Positions 1-13,200 of a stretch of 43,305 nt of DNA are shown piece by piece; within the stretch, counting starts at the first letter, position 1; every line of letters starts with the position of its first letter. The position numbers were made by a program, and so were the translations under genes. Source of the DNA: Macrostomum lignano (lineage: Eukaryota). The notes under the pieces were generated by a model. The model made no database searches. It saw nothing but the letters and a program-made list of their open reading frames with translations, and had not been told where the DNA came from. The stretch is taken from the NCBI GenBank assembly GCA_002269645.1, contig NIVC01001488.1:1-43305 (forward strand), read 5' to 3'.

Positions 1-654
1 CTAGTTTATCCCACTCACTCGCGTCTCCCGTACCACCGATGAGTCGCCATAAAAAGTTTTCAGTTAGCAATGTGTATTATCAATTGTTTCCATTTGACAC
101 CCGGCGCTCTCCCTACTACCCACTGCCCTGTCCCGTGCTCATAAAACAAGATGGAATGCAGTGAGCAGCATGAGGTGGGGAGTTTGCCGCGCTCAATTTT
201 TTTCATCAAGAATGTTTTGTAAGGCTGGGGAGGCAGAGAGGCAAGGCGCAGTTGTAAAACATCAGAAATGTTTATGAGAGAGTTTGTGAGAGTAGTGCAG
301 CGCATCTTTACCCTCCACTGCCTGCCTGCCCCTCTCTTGTATGAGGCTTCAACCCTGCTGAGTAGGGCGGTGTTTTGCCTTCTGTGCTTGTTTCGCTCTG
401 TGCTCAAGCCACCCATGAGCGCACTTGTGAACGTAGATATATTGATTGTGAATCGGTAGTGACAGATTTTGTACACGAACAAAGTGGTTGTGAATCATGG
501 CTGAAGAATGGGCATTTAAACGGAATGGGAATCAAGTGGGAAAAATCGAAAGAAGAAGAATATGGGTGTGAATGTCAATCAACGTTTGGACTGTGAACGA
601 ATATAGGGTAGTAATAGTATGAGAACGGGAGTAATAGGTTAAGTCACGTACTGA

Positions 655-1180
655 CAGGCGTGAATCAAGAGTATGAGGCGTGAATGAAGGCTGCCAGACG
701 TGAATCAAAGCCGAGATATGCGAATCAAGGCTGCGAGGCGTGAATCAAGAGTGAGATTTGTGAATCGAGGCCGAGAGACATAAATCAATTATGAGATATG
801 TGAATCAAGACTGAAACATGTTAATCAAGACTGAGATTTGTGAATAAAGGCTGAGAGACGTCAATCAAGGCTGAGATATGTGAATCAAGGCTGAAATATG
901 TGAATCAAGGCTGAGATATGTGAATCAAGGCTGAGATATGTGAATCAAGGCTGAGATATGTGAATAGATTTGATAGTCAAGATTGAGATATGTGAATCAA
1001 GGCTGAGATATGTGAATCAAGGCTGAGATATGCGAATCAATGATTGAGATTATGTGAATCAAGGCTGAAGTATGTGAATCAAGGCTGAGATATGTGAATC
1101 AATATTGAGATATGTGAATCAAGGCTGAGATATGTGAATCAAGATTGAGATATGTGAATCAAGGCTGAGATATGTGAATA
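655..1180 (+). repeat. 20 bp minisatellite GTGAATCAAGGCTGAGATAT
   Basis: About 25 tandem units, degenerate at the 5' side. Confidence 0.95.
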
Positions 1181-1276
1181 AACCCGAGTTCAGTTCATAA
1201 AAGTTTATATGGATGCTTAGGCAACGTCCTTAGCATTCGAGTCCTTGTCTACCACCGACCCGAACGCCCCGCCCAG

Positions 1277-4200
1277 ATCGGCCTCCCTGGCCCACGTGAA
1301 CGCGATGCTGCGGAGGCAGCTGGACCAGGCCACCCAGGTGAACCAGTCGCTCACGGAGGACATGAAGCGCTCAGCGAGGACTTCCAGCGCACCCCGGTCC
1401 GACCTCGAGCGCCGCGAGTCCGAATGGCGCGATGAGGAGGCCAGCTTCTCCGAGTACTTCTCGTCCGAGCACAACCGCCTGCTGTCGCTGTGGCGCAACC
1501 TGGTGAGCTTCCGGCGCCAGTTCAACGAGCTGAAGACCGCCAACGAGCGCGACTTGAACAACTTCAAGAACGAGATGACCCCCCAGTCCCGCGGCGTCAC
1601 GCGGCCTGCCAGAATCTCAATGCCAACCTGAAATCGGCCGAGACGCAGGGCGCCGTGGCGCTGGATCAGGAGCGCTCCGGGCGCGCCAATCTGGAATCGG
1701 CGCTCCGCGAACGAACCCGGGAGCTGCAGGACCTGCAGGCCAAGTTCGAGGCGCATCAGGCCGACCTGAGCGGCCGGGTCAACGAGCTGTCGGTGCAGAA
1801 CGAGAAGCTGAAATTCCAGTTGGCCGAGAAGGATCGAACCCTGTCCCACCTGCAGCGGCTGCGCAGCAGCGGCGGCGGCGGCGGCGGCGGCAGCGCAAGT
1901 CGCTCGCAATCTGCCGAGCCACCGGTGAGTTTCTCTCAGGCTTGAGGTCTGCTGCGATCTCCTGAGTCTGAGTATGCGGATGCTTGAGATTTGTCAGTGT
2001 AGGAGATTGTTTATGCGGTTAGTTTATTTTAGCATCGATATCTAATCTAATGGGTGAGATTATTTTAGATTAATATCAAATCTCATTGGTGGGATCATTT
2101 GATATCAATATCAAATCTCATGGGTGGGATTATTTGAGATCAATATCAAATCTCATAGGTGAGATTATTTGATATCAATATCAAATCTAATGGGTGAGAT
2201 TATTTGACATCAATATCAAATCTCATGGGTGAGATTATTTGAGATCAATAGCAAATCTCATGGGTGAGATTATTTGAGATCAATATCAAATCTAATGGTG
2301 AGATTATTTGGGATTTACGTGTAAGTCTAATCTATGAGGTGAGATTATTTGAGATCAATGAGATCAATATCTAATTTATTCCTCTCGGACTCAAACTCCC
2401 AGGGTGCTGACGACGCGGCCACACGCGCGCTAATCGAGGAGACCGAGGCCATGCACCAGAGCCTGCGCGACATTGCCCAGGCCGTCATCAGCGACGCCGA
2501 CGGGTACCGCGACTTCTCGGACGCCGGTCGGGTCGCTCCGTGTCGCCGGTCGGTCGCGGCGGTCGCTCGCCGGCCGGTCGGCAGCGCTCGCGGTCTCCTG
2601 CGTTCGCTGACTCCACCTACAGCGCCGTACAGGCCGCGCTGAACAAGAGGGCCTTGCAGGTAGGCGCCTGGGGACTTTCACGCTGAGTTGATGAAGGCCG
2701 CTGTGCACCGGTGCTCCTTTGGCGCCTCCATGATTTTCCAATTCCAATTGGCGCCCCATGATTTTCCCATTGGCGCCCCATGATTTTCCCATTGGCGCCT
2801 TCATGATTTTCCAATTGGCGCCCCATGATTTTCCAATTGGCGCCCCCATGATTTTCCCATTGGCGCCCCCATGATTTTTCCCATTGGCGCCTTCATGATT
2901 TTCCAATTGGCGCCCCATGAATTTCCCATTGGCGCCCCCATGATTTTCCCATTGGCGCCCCCATGATTTTTCCCATTGGCGTCCCCATGAATTTCCCATT
3001 GGCGCCCCCATGATTTTCCCATTGGCGCCCCCATGATTTTCCCATTGGCGCCCCATGATTTCCCCATCGGCGCCCCATTTTCCCATTGGCGCCTTCATGA
3101 TTTTCCAATTGGCGCCCCATGAATTTCCCATTGGCGCCCCCATGATTTTCCAATTGGCGCCCCCATGATTTTCCAATTGGCGCCCCCATGATTTTCCCAT
3201 TGGCGCCCCCATGATTTTCCCATTGGCGCCCCCATGATTTTCCCATTGGCGCCCCATGATTTCCCCATCGGCGCCCCATTTTCCCATTGGCGCCCCATGA
3301 TTTCCCCATCGGCGCCCCATTTTCCCATTGGCGCCGCCATATTTTATACCTATCCTTATTTACACCTCGCGTCTCACGGTGTCCCGTTTCCCATTGGCGA
3401 CTGGTCTCCTAGTCCGGCATTGCATCACTGCCAACCCCCATGCCGCTCCGATGTGTCTGCAGGTGCAGGAGCTGCGCGGCAAGCTGGCCAGCGCCAAGGA
3501 CGCCGGGGACAACATACGCCGACAGCTGGACGAGTCTGAGAACGAGCGCCGACGACTGGAGCACCAGGTGCTGGGCCTGCGCGAGGAGCTGGACACAGTG
3601 CAGAGGGCGCAGACCGATAGCGGCCGCGACTACGAACGGCTGAAGTCCGCCTTGACCGCCCGCGAGCAGGAGAGGAGCCAACTGGAGAAGGTGCGGCCAG
3701 GGAGAGGAGATTTAAGGGGCAGACTGGGATTCTGGAGGCATGGGGCAAGACTGAATGATGAAGCTTAAACTAGCTGAGATACAGATGAACGAAAGTAGAT
3801 AGCAGTGAGAAATATAAAGTAAATAGGAGTGAGATTTCGGTTTAAGGTAGAAGTAGATAGACTATGAATAGAAGGTAGAATGCAGTCAATGCGAAGGATA
3901 TAGGGGTTAGGTAGAGAAGTAGATATGGTTGAGAGAGAAGTGGATAAAGGTGAGAGAAAGGTCGATAAATGAGAGAGAGAAGTAGATAAGTGTGAGAGAA
4001 GTATATAGAGGAGAGAGATATAAGTATGTAGATGTGAGGGAGAAGTAGATAAAGATAAGAGAGAAGTCGATAAGTGTGATAGAGAAGTAGATAAAGATGC
4101 TATAGAAGTAGACAAGTGTGAGAGGAGTAGATAAAGATGAGATAGGAGATAAAAGTGTGAGAGAAGTAGATAAGCGACAAAGTTCAGCCGATATGTATCG

Positions 4201-7200
4201 AAACCCGGCTTGTCCCGCAGGTCCGCTCGGCCCTGAACGAGCAGATCGAGTCGCTGCACGCGGACCTGGACCGGCTGCAGCAGGCCAACAGCGAGCTGCA
4301 GCGCTGCCGCGACTGCCTCGAAGATCAGAAGGCCGACCAGAAGAAGGACCTGGACAGGCAGGTGAAGGAGAACGAGCGGTGCCAGCGCTGCATCGACCAG
4401 CTGGAGGAGAAGCTGAGCAACCTGAAGTCCGACCTGGTGCAGACCAAGGAGAACCTCAACCGGGCCTGTCTGGAGAAGGAGGTGCTGGACCAGGAAAAGG
4501 CCGAAGTCTCCGACGCGCTGTCCCGCAGCGAGCTGGCCAAGGCCGAGTTGGAGCTCGAGCTCAACAAGATGAAGAGCGAGGAGGCTGCCCTACGGGACGC
4601 CCTGCTAAAGATGCAGTCGCTGAACGAGGGCCTTGGCACGACAAGGTGGAGCTGAACAAGATCCTCATGATGTACGAGAACGAGAAGGCGCAGCTGTCAG
4701 GGGAGAAGCAGGCCCTCGAGCAGGAGAAGTACGGCATCCGCGAGGAGCTGCTCCGCTGTGAGCAGGAGAAGATGGAGCTGGACAACGAGAAGGCCGGCCT
4801 ATATCAGACACTCGAGCTCAGCGAGATGTCGCGCGAGAAGCTGGAAGACGAGCTGCAGTCAATCAACCGGGAGCGGCTGGAGCTTGCCGAGCAGCTGAAC
4901 GCCATCGGCAGGCAGAAGCGAGCCCTGGCCGAGGAGCTGCTGGCCTCGCGCCGGGAGACTGAGCGGGCGTCCAACACCGTCCTCCGAGTTGCCAAGGAGA
5001 AGGAGGACCTCACCAAGGAGAAGGGCGAGCTCGTTGTGCAGCTCACCGCCTGCGAGCGGGAGATTCGCCGCCTTGGCGAGCTGGCCTCCGGGCTGCGGGC
5101 CGACAAGGACCAGCTCGAGGACGCGCTGCACGAGGCCCAGGAGCTGATCGTCCAGCTGGAGACTCGCAAAGGCCAGCTGGAGGGCGAGAACCAGGAGCTC
5201 ATCATCAAGAAGGAGAATCTCAATGGTAAGCTGCATGGCCAATAGCCACTCAGTCGCTGTTTGCTGTAGCTTATCATTGCTGAGGCCTGCCAAACAGACT
5301 GCATCTCTTTTTTTAATAAATCTGTTCTGTCAACTCTCAGCTCGAATATCTCAAACCCTCACTGCTGCAGCCGAGATCAGCCGCATCACCAAGGAGTTCG
5401 AGGTCGAATGCGACAAGCTCACCAGACAGCGCGAGAATCTGCAGCAGAAGATGCAGCAGATGGAGCGCGACCTGAAGCACGCCCTGGCTCAGGAGCAGCA
5501 GTCTCATGAGGACGATCTGGAGAGGCTGACCAAGGAGAAGGTGAGCAAATTTCTGGATTTCTTGTGATGCTTTAACTCATTATCATCCGTTCAGTAACTC
5601 TCTGAGAGCGTCACGTGACTCTTTTCTTCTCGATGACTCTGGGAGCGTCACGTGACTCTCTTCTTCTCTTTGGGGTCGTACTATAAAGCTGTCGTAGTGA
5701 AGTTCGAACGTACGTCGGAACTTTTATACTGCGGAGATAGAAGCTAAGAACGATCTTATCTTACGATGGCTTTATAGAACGGGCCCCCTGACTCTGAGAG
5801 CGTCACGTGACTCTTTTCTTCTTGATGACTCTGAGAGCATCACGTGACTCTTCTTGATAACTCTGAGAGCATCACGTGACTCTTCTCGATGACTCTGGGA
5901 GCGTCACGTGACTCTTCTTGATAACTCTGAGAGCATCACGTGACTCTTCTCGATGACTCTGAGAGCGTCACGTGACTTTTTTCTTCTCGATGACTCTGAG
6001 AGCGTCACGTGACTGTGCTCAGTGACTCTGAGAGAATCTCATGACTTATTCTACTCAGAGGCTATTCTCAAAGCTGTCAGGAAGTCCGGTAACATCCCCC
6101 TCTCCATCCCATCTGTCCCGCAGGACAACCAGCGCGCCGAATACGAGAACCAGCGCCAGGAGATGATCCACCAGAACAACATGGAGCGCGAGGAGATGGT
6201 CAGCTCGTTCGAGCGCGAACGCGAGCAGCTGCACACTGAGATCGCCGCCTGCCAGCGCGAGCGGGACGAGAGCCTCATGCTGGCCGAGAATGACAAGCAG
6301 CAGGCGCTGAGCATTGTGGAGCAGGAGAAGTCCACCATTCTGGAGCGGCTGGGCAACACGCACGCCGAGCTGCAGGTGCGAGTTTAGTCACTTGATCTCT
6401 TAGTTGCTAGGCGTGAATCTCTATCTATGCTTATGGCTTGTTTTCTTATTGAAGCCTGGGGCACTTTAGGCGACATTGTCACACAACCGGGGACTCCCCT
6501 GAGCAGGCACACAAGCACAGGCACGCACTCACACAGGAGTGTACAGTGACCCTAACTTTATTTATATTTAGTCATGTAAAATTCACTGTGCTTTGGGGGG
6601 GGGGGGCGGTTGGTCCAAGCCGAGATTCCAATTTAGCCCCAAATTAATGGCATGTGACTGCGTTTGGAATTGCTGCGCAGGACCGCTGGTCTTGCCTGTT
6701 AATCAATTAATTAATCGATTAATTAGTCACGTGACCCTCCCACCTGCATCCGATTGGCTGGTCGGCATTCTAAGAAAGCTCCTCCCCCCGCTACCACGTC
6801 ACCCGATCCCCGTTCGCTCGTCCCTCTCTCCCCCAGACCGTCGCCTCTGAGCTGGACCGCGCCCGGCGCGAGGCGGCCGCCAAGCAGCAGCAGGACAAGG
6901 AGACCATCAACAGTTTGAACGGCGAGCTGAAGAAATTCCGCGACCAGTTCGAGCAGACAGTGGAGGAGCACGAGGCCGAGGTGCGCAAGCTGAATGAGCA
7001 GATTAACGAGCTCACTCAGCAGCGCGAGGCCGCCTGCCGCGAGGTGGCGGAGCTGAAGGTGCAGCTGCGCATGGCCGAGGACGCCAGGGACAACCTGCGC
7101 CGCGAGCTCATCGACGCCAATCGCCGGATCCGCGAGCAGGAGGAGGCGCTGGACGCCCAGAAGCGCGAGATTTTCGAGCTCAAACGCCAGCTGGCCGAGG

Positions 7201-10200
7201 AGGGCCGCGCCCGGGAAGCCGTGGAGAAGAGCAACGAGGAGCTGAGGAAAAAGGTGAGAGGTCTGGTGGCCAAGGCTGGGACAGGTAGTGAGAACCAGTG
7301 AAGGAGACAGTGAGAGCCGGTCAGACAGGCAGTGAGAACCGGTCAGACAGGCAGTGAGAACCGGTCAGCCAGGCAGTGAGAACCGGTCAGACAGGCAGTG
7401 AGAACCGGTCAGACAGGCAGTGGGAACCGGTCAGACAGGCAGTGGGAACCGGTCAGACAGGCAGTGAGAACCGGTCAGACAGGCAGTGGGAACCGGTCAG
7501 ACAGGCAGTGAGAACCGGTCAGACCAGCCCAGTCCGCACCCCTGTCCCCGCCCAGATCAAGGAGATGGAGGCCGAGCGCATCGAGCGCGACCGGTCTATC
7601 GCCGAGCAGAAGCAGCGCATCGGCGTGCTTGAGGAGCAGAAGGCCGCCCTCGGCAAGGAGGTCGCCGACCTTCGCGGCAACCTGCGCGAGGTCGAGAAGG
7701 CCCGGGTGGAGGCCAAGCGCGAGCTGCAGGAGCTCCGTCGCCAGGTGAAGATGCTGGACACTGAGCGGGGCAAGCTGTGCAAGGAGGTCTGCGACCTGCA
7801 GTCCCGGGTGGCCCACGACGAGGAGAAGGACGAGGAGAACCGCCGGGAGAACTTCGGACTCAAGCAGAAGGTGAGCGATGAGGGACAGAGTCTGGGACTT
7901 CATAATTCTTTGATGAGTTTTATCAGCTCAAATACCCAAAGACACTTAGGACATCCAGTGATTCCGATATCCAGTTAAGCAAGATACCCAGTGACTCCCA
8001 GATACCCAGTGACTCTCAAGATACCCAGTGACTCCCAGATACCCAGTCTCGCAAGATACCCAGTGACTCCCAGATACCCAGTCTCGCAAGATATCCAGTG
8101 ACTCCCAGATACCCAGTCTCGCAAGATACCCAGTGACTCCCAGATACCCAGTCTCGCAAGATACCCAGTGACTCCCTATACCCAGTCTCGCAAGATACCC
8201 AGTGACTCCCAGATACCCAGTGACTCTCAAGATACCCAGAGACTCCCAAGTTACCCAGTGACTCTCACGATACCCAGTGACTCTCAAGATACCCAGTGAC
8301 TCCCAGATACCCAGTGACTCCCAGGTACCCAGTGACTCCCAAGATACCCAGTGACTCCCAGATACCCAGTGACTCTCAAGATACCCAGTGACTCCCAGAT
8401 ACCCAGTGACTGTCAAGATACCCAGTGACTCCCAGATACCCAGTCTCGCAAGATACCCAGTGACTCCCAGATACCCAGTCTCGCAAGATATCCAGTGACT
8501 CCCAGATACCCAGTCTCGCAAGATACCCAGTGACTCCCAGATACCCAGTCTCGCAAGATACCCAGTGACTCCCTATACCCAGTCTCGCAAGATACCCAGT
8601 GACTCCCAGATACCCAGTGACTCTCAAGATACCCAGAGACTCCCAAGTTACCCAGTGACTCTCACGATACCCAGTGACTCTCAAGATACCCAGTGACTCC
8701 CAGATACCCAGTGACTCCCAGGTACCCAGTGACTCCCAAGATACCCAGTGACTCTCAAGATACCCAGTGACTCTCACGATACCCAATGACTCCCAAGATA
8801 CCCAGTGACTCTCAAGATACCCAGTGACTCCCAAGTTACCCATTAACTCTCATTATTGATATTCATATTTTCTGTTCAAGAGACGAAACCATCTGAAAAA
8901 GAAGTTTTTTCAATCGTAATTAGAAATTTGAGCCCAGCCAGGACTCACTGGCTCCTCTTCCGTTCCTCTTAGCTTCCAAGCCAGTCACTCAGGCAGTTCA
9001 ATCAATCACTCAATCAGTCAAATTAAGGGCATTCTGAGTTTTCCAATGGACTCTTCAGGATGGGTTGGGCCTGTTATTAATAATTTATTGGCATCAGTTC
9101 TCACCGCTGACAGCTGAGCCCCAAACTTCAACAGCCATAAATTTCATTTGCTGTTTATAAAATGACAGATTGACAGATGGAAGAATGATTAGAAAGTGCT
9201 TTTTAGAAAGCAATTTATTGATTAGAAAAACTTTCGTCCAAAGATCGTCCAACTAATTAACTTGGTCATGACGGAACCTGATGACTTCTGCCTGCAGAGA
9301 TATGCTAAGTCCCATGCAGCCTTTTATAATGATCCCCAATGACCCAGTGAAGGGCTCATAGCAGTCCCCAATGACCCAGTAAAGGGCTCATAGCAGTCCC
9401 CAATGACCCAGTGAAGGGCTCATAGCAGTCCCCAATGACCCAATAACCCCGCAGGTGGTGGAGACGGAGGCCTCCCGCGAGGCGCTCCGCAAGGAGCTCG
9501 GCAACTCCAAGCGCCGCGAGGCCGACCTCGAGGAGGAGCTGCGCAGCAAGCAGCGCGACTTCGCCCTGGCCATGGAGGACGCCCGCAAGGAGCTCCGCCG
9601 TCTCGATGACGCCCGCAGCGAACTGCAGCTCAGTGTGGAGGCCGCCAGCGCCGAGAACAACGAGCTCCGCCAGGCGCTGGGCGGAGCCGAAGGCCGCATC
9701 AACGCCCTGGAGACCACTCTGGCCCGCACTGACTCGGTGAAGAAGGAGCTGGAGTACAAGCTGGCCAGCATCCACTCATCAATGCGCCGCCTCATCGGAT
9801 TCCGGCAGGACAACCCGCGCTCGCCCAGCCCCATGCGCGGCCGGTCGCCCAGCCCGGCCAGGCGCAGCCGGCCGAACAGCCCCACCAAGGGTAGGTCCGG
9901 CGAGCAGCAGCAGCCGCCTAACGCCTTGCGCAAGCCGACTTCCCTGCTTAACCTGCACCGGTCTCGGCCGGGCTCCAACGCTAACAGCCCCCAGCAGCAG
10001 CAGCAGCAGCAGCACAGATACTCAGCAGCTGGCGGGCCCGGCTATGTTAGGCGCACACTAACCAGCTCGTCTCTGAGCCTTAACGAAGCTAACGTAGCTT
10101 ACAAGGGTAAACGCTTTATTTAATAATTTAACAACAAGATTAACTGCTTAGATATCGCATTTCATCTGCTAGGGGGGCTTCTACTCTGCCATTCTCAGTT

Positions 10201-13200
10201 TCGCTGTCTCTGACCCCCCTCTCTGCTTTTCGTTCTGTCACTTTCAGTCCGAGTTCGGGCTCTGGTTGTCATGACAACCCTGCGCTACTAGTGTAGACTG
10301 AGGGGAGGGAGATGGGGCTGTTTGAACTGCTCATTGATTGAGAATGGCACACAGCTGTGAGAGCAGCGCTGGTCACGCTTAGATGAGCATCGGCCTCGCC
10401 CTCAGGCTGTGCGGCTGCCTGCCCATTGTAAACTCGCTACTGCCCTCCCCGCCTCCGCCCATCTCTTTCTCTCCGTTCTCGTGGCTGAATAAAAATGGCC
10501 TGCAACAGCACAATAGAGTTTTAGTTGCTCAAAGTTGCTCAAATTCTAGGCCAGAACTAGCTGCCTCTAACCGTCTCAACCTGCTGCAGTGAGTTCGTAA
10601 AGCTATGGTGCAATTTTTGTATTTCTAATAAATTTATTTGCATTTTATTTATTACAGCTGCGCGCATTTCACCTACTACAAGTAGTCTAACTCTAACAGG
10701 TTTTTAATAACTATAGCGGTATACACTATAATGCTTCAAGTAAAACTAATTTCACTCTTCGCAGCGGGCGGCCGCTCCGAACGGGCCGGCCAACTGTGCG
10801 ACTGCCTTGACTATGAGCTGCTGGCTCTGCCTGAGTAGCCGCAGATTATCCAGACTGATGATGAGCTTATTAATTCCAACAGTTCCAAGACGGCAGCTGC
10901 AGACAGTTCGCTAGCATGAGCATGAATGAATTCTTGCAATATAGAAACTGAAAAAATAAGTTCAATATTACTTAGTCAGTGTCAAAGCAAAGCATTCGCG
11001 CTTCGCTTACTTATAGTAGGCAATAATGTTTCATTATCATCAAGCAGCTCCCCCAAGCGGGTAGGGCAAATCGCATTCAAGGTTGCTTTTGTGTTTTTGA
11101 CGTGTCGAATGTCGAATTTATGCAGATTTATATGGTCTGGTTTTTGCATGCAGCTGGATAAATTTGATTTTCTATAAAGTACCCTTGGAACTTTGAAATA
11201 TACTTATTGTGACCCCGTCGGTTTTAGCGCAATACTTTAACTTTAACAATTTGCCGGCGTTAATACAAATGGATTGCAAAATGTTTGCCCAACCTACTAT
11301 CAGTAGCATTGATCAACTTAAATAATGCCATTGAAATTGCAACTTGGCATTGAATAGGCTTCGACGGCTCGCAGCCGTTCGCCACCACCGCCGAGGGCCG
11401 CGGCTCGCCGATCCCGCGCTCCGGCTCTCCCGCCGCCCGCGGCCGCTCGCCATTCCGCTCCGGCTCGCCGTCCCGCGGCGACATTGCCAACGCCTGCGAC
11501 ATCGATCCGGAGGCTGTCCGTCTGGCTCTGCGCGACTTCGTCCAGCAGCTCGTCAACACGGAGCGCGAGCGCGACGACGCCCTGGCCGCGGCCCGCTCGC
11601 TGGAGCAGCGCGTCGCCGAGATGGAGGAGGCCGCCCAGCGCAACGAGCAGCGAACCCAGCAGCTGCACCGGAACCTATGCGAGACCGAGGAGGACAAGAA
11701 AGGCATTGACGGCCGGCTGGCCAGCGCCCAGACCGCGCTGATGCTCCAGGAGGAGACCATCAGGCGCAACGAGCGCGAGAAGAAGGCCCTTGGCGACAAG
11801 ATGTCCGGCCTGGAGCGTCAGATCTCCGGCCTGGAGACCGAGAAGCGCCAGCTGCAGGTAAGGCGAAATTCTTTTTGTATTACAATGCCCTTTGTAACTA
11901 CTGAACAGATGACATCACAAGTAGTTCAATAAAGATTTTTGCCAAAGATATTTAATGCTTGTTTCCGACTTAATCAATGACGTCATGAGTAGTGCAATAT
12001 GTATATACTATTAAAAATCACTTCCACCTTTCAGGAGAAGTTGAACAAGATGAAGCAGCACGACGCCCGTCAAGAGGAGGACAAGAAGAACCTGAAACGT
12101 TCCCTTGACGACGTGGAGAACCGTTGCACCCAGCTGGAGCTGACCAAACGCGCGCTCGAGGGCGACCTGCAGAGAATGCGCCTCGCTTTGGGCGATAAGG
12201 ACGCCGAGAATCAGGTTGGGGAATCGCGCCGCTAATCAGATTGATCAGATTCGCCTTTGCCGGCTATGATTCGTAGTTTGAATTGAATTATCCTGTTGTT
12301 GAATTCCAGGTGCTACACGACCGCGTGGACAACCTGAACAAGCAGATTGCGGACCTCGAGTCCAAGGCGCAGTCGCTGCAGCTCACCATCGAGCGGCTCA
12401 GCGTCTCCCTGGCCAAGACTGAAGAGGACGGCAGCCAGCAGAAGGACCGCGTGCAGCAGCTCAACGGCTCCGTGTCCGACATGGCCGCCACCATCGACAG
12501 CCTGCAGGAGCGGGTCGGCCAGCTGCAGAAGGCGCTCACCAGCTCCGAGCATGATCGGCGGGTTCTGCAGGAGCGTCTTGACAACACGCACGCCGCTATG
12601 AACGAGGCCAAGCACCAGAATCACCAGCTGCTGGAGCGAGTGCAGTCTCTGCAGGTATTGCGATTGGATAATATGGCTGTCATTGACTGCCATAGGCATA
12701 GACTGACATAGAGTGCCATAGACATAGACTGACATAGAGTGCCATAGACATAGACTGACATGGAGTGCCATAGACATAGACTGACATAGAGTGCCATAGA
12801 CATAGACTGACATAGAGTGCCATAGACATAGACTGACATAGAGTGCCATAGACATAGACTGACATAGAGTGCCATAGACATAGACTGACATGGAGTGCCA
12901 TAGACATAGACTGACATGGAGTGCCATAGACATAGACTGACATGGAGTGCCATAGACATAGACTGACAGAGTACCTTAGACATAGACTGACAGAGTACCT
13001 TAGACATAGACTGACAGAGTGCCATAGACATAGACTGACATAGAGTGCCATAGACATAGACTGACATGGAGTGCCATAGACATAGACTGACATGGAGTGC
13101 CATAGACATAGACTGACATAGAGTGCCATAGACATAGACTGACATAGAGTGCCATAGACATAGACTGACATGGAGTGCCATAGACATAGACTGACATAGA

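Noticed and set aside
2430-3340. Long minus-strand ORFs (MGRQWENHGGANGK...)
   Set aside because: Translations of an intronic minisatellite; open in several frames, no splice or codon support.
7946-8843. Repetitive ORFs (WVSGSHWVS...)
   Set aside because: Minisatellite translations.
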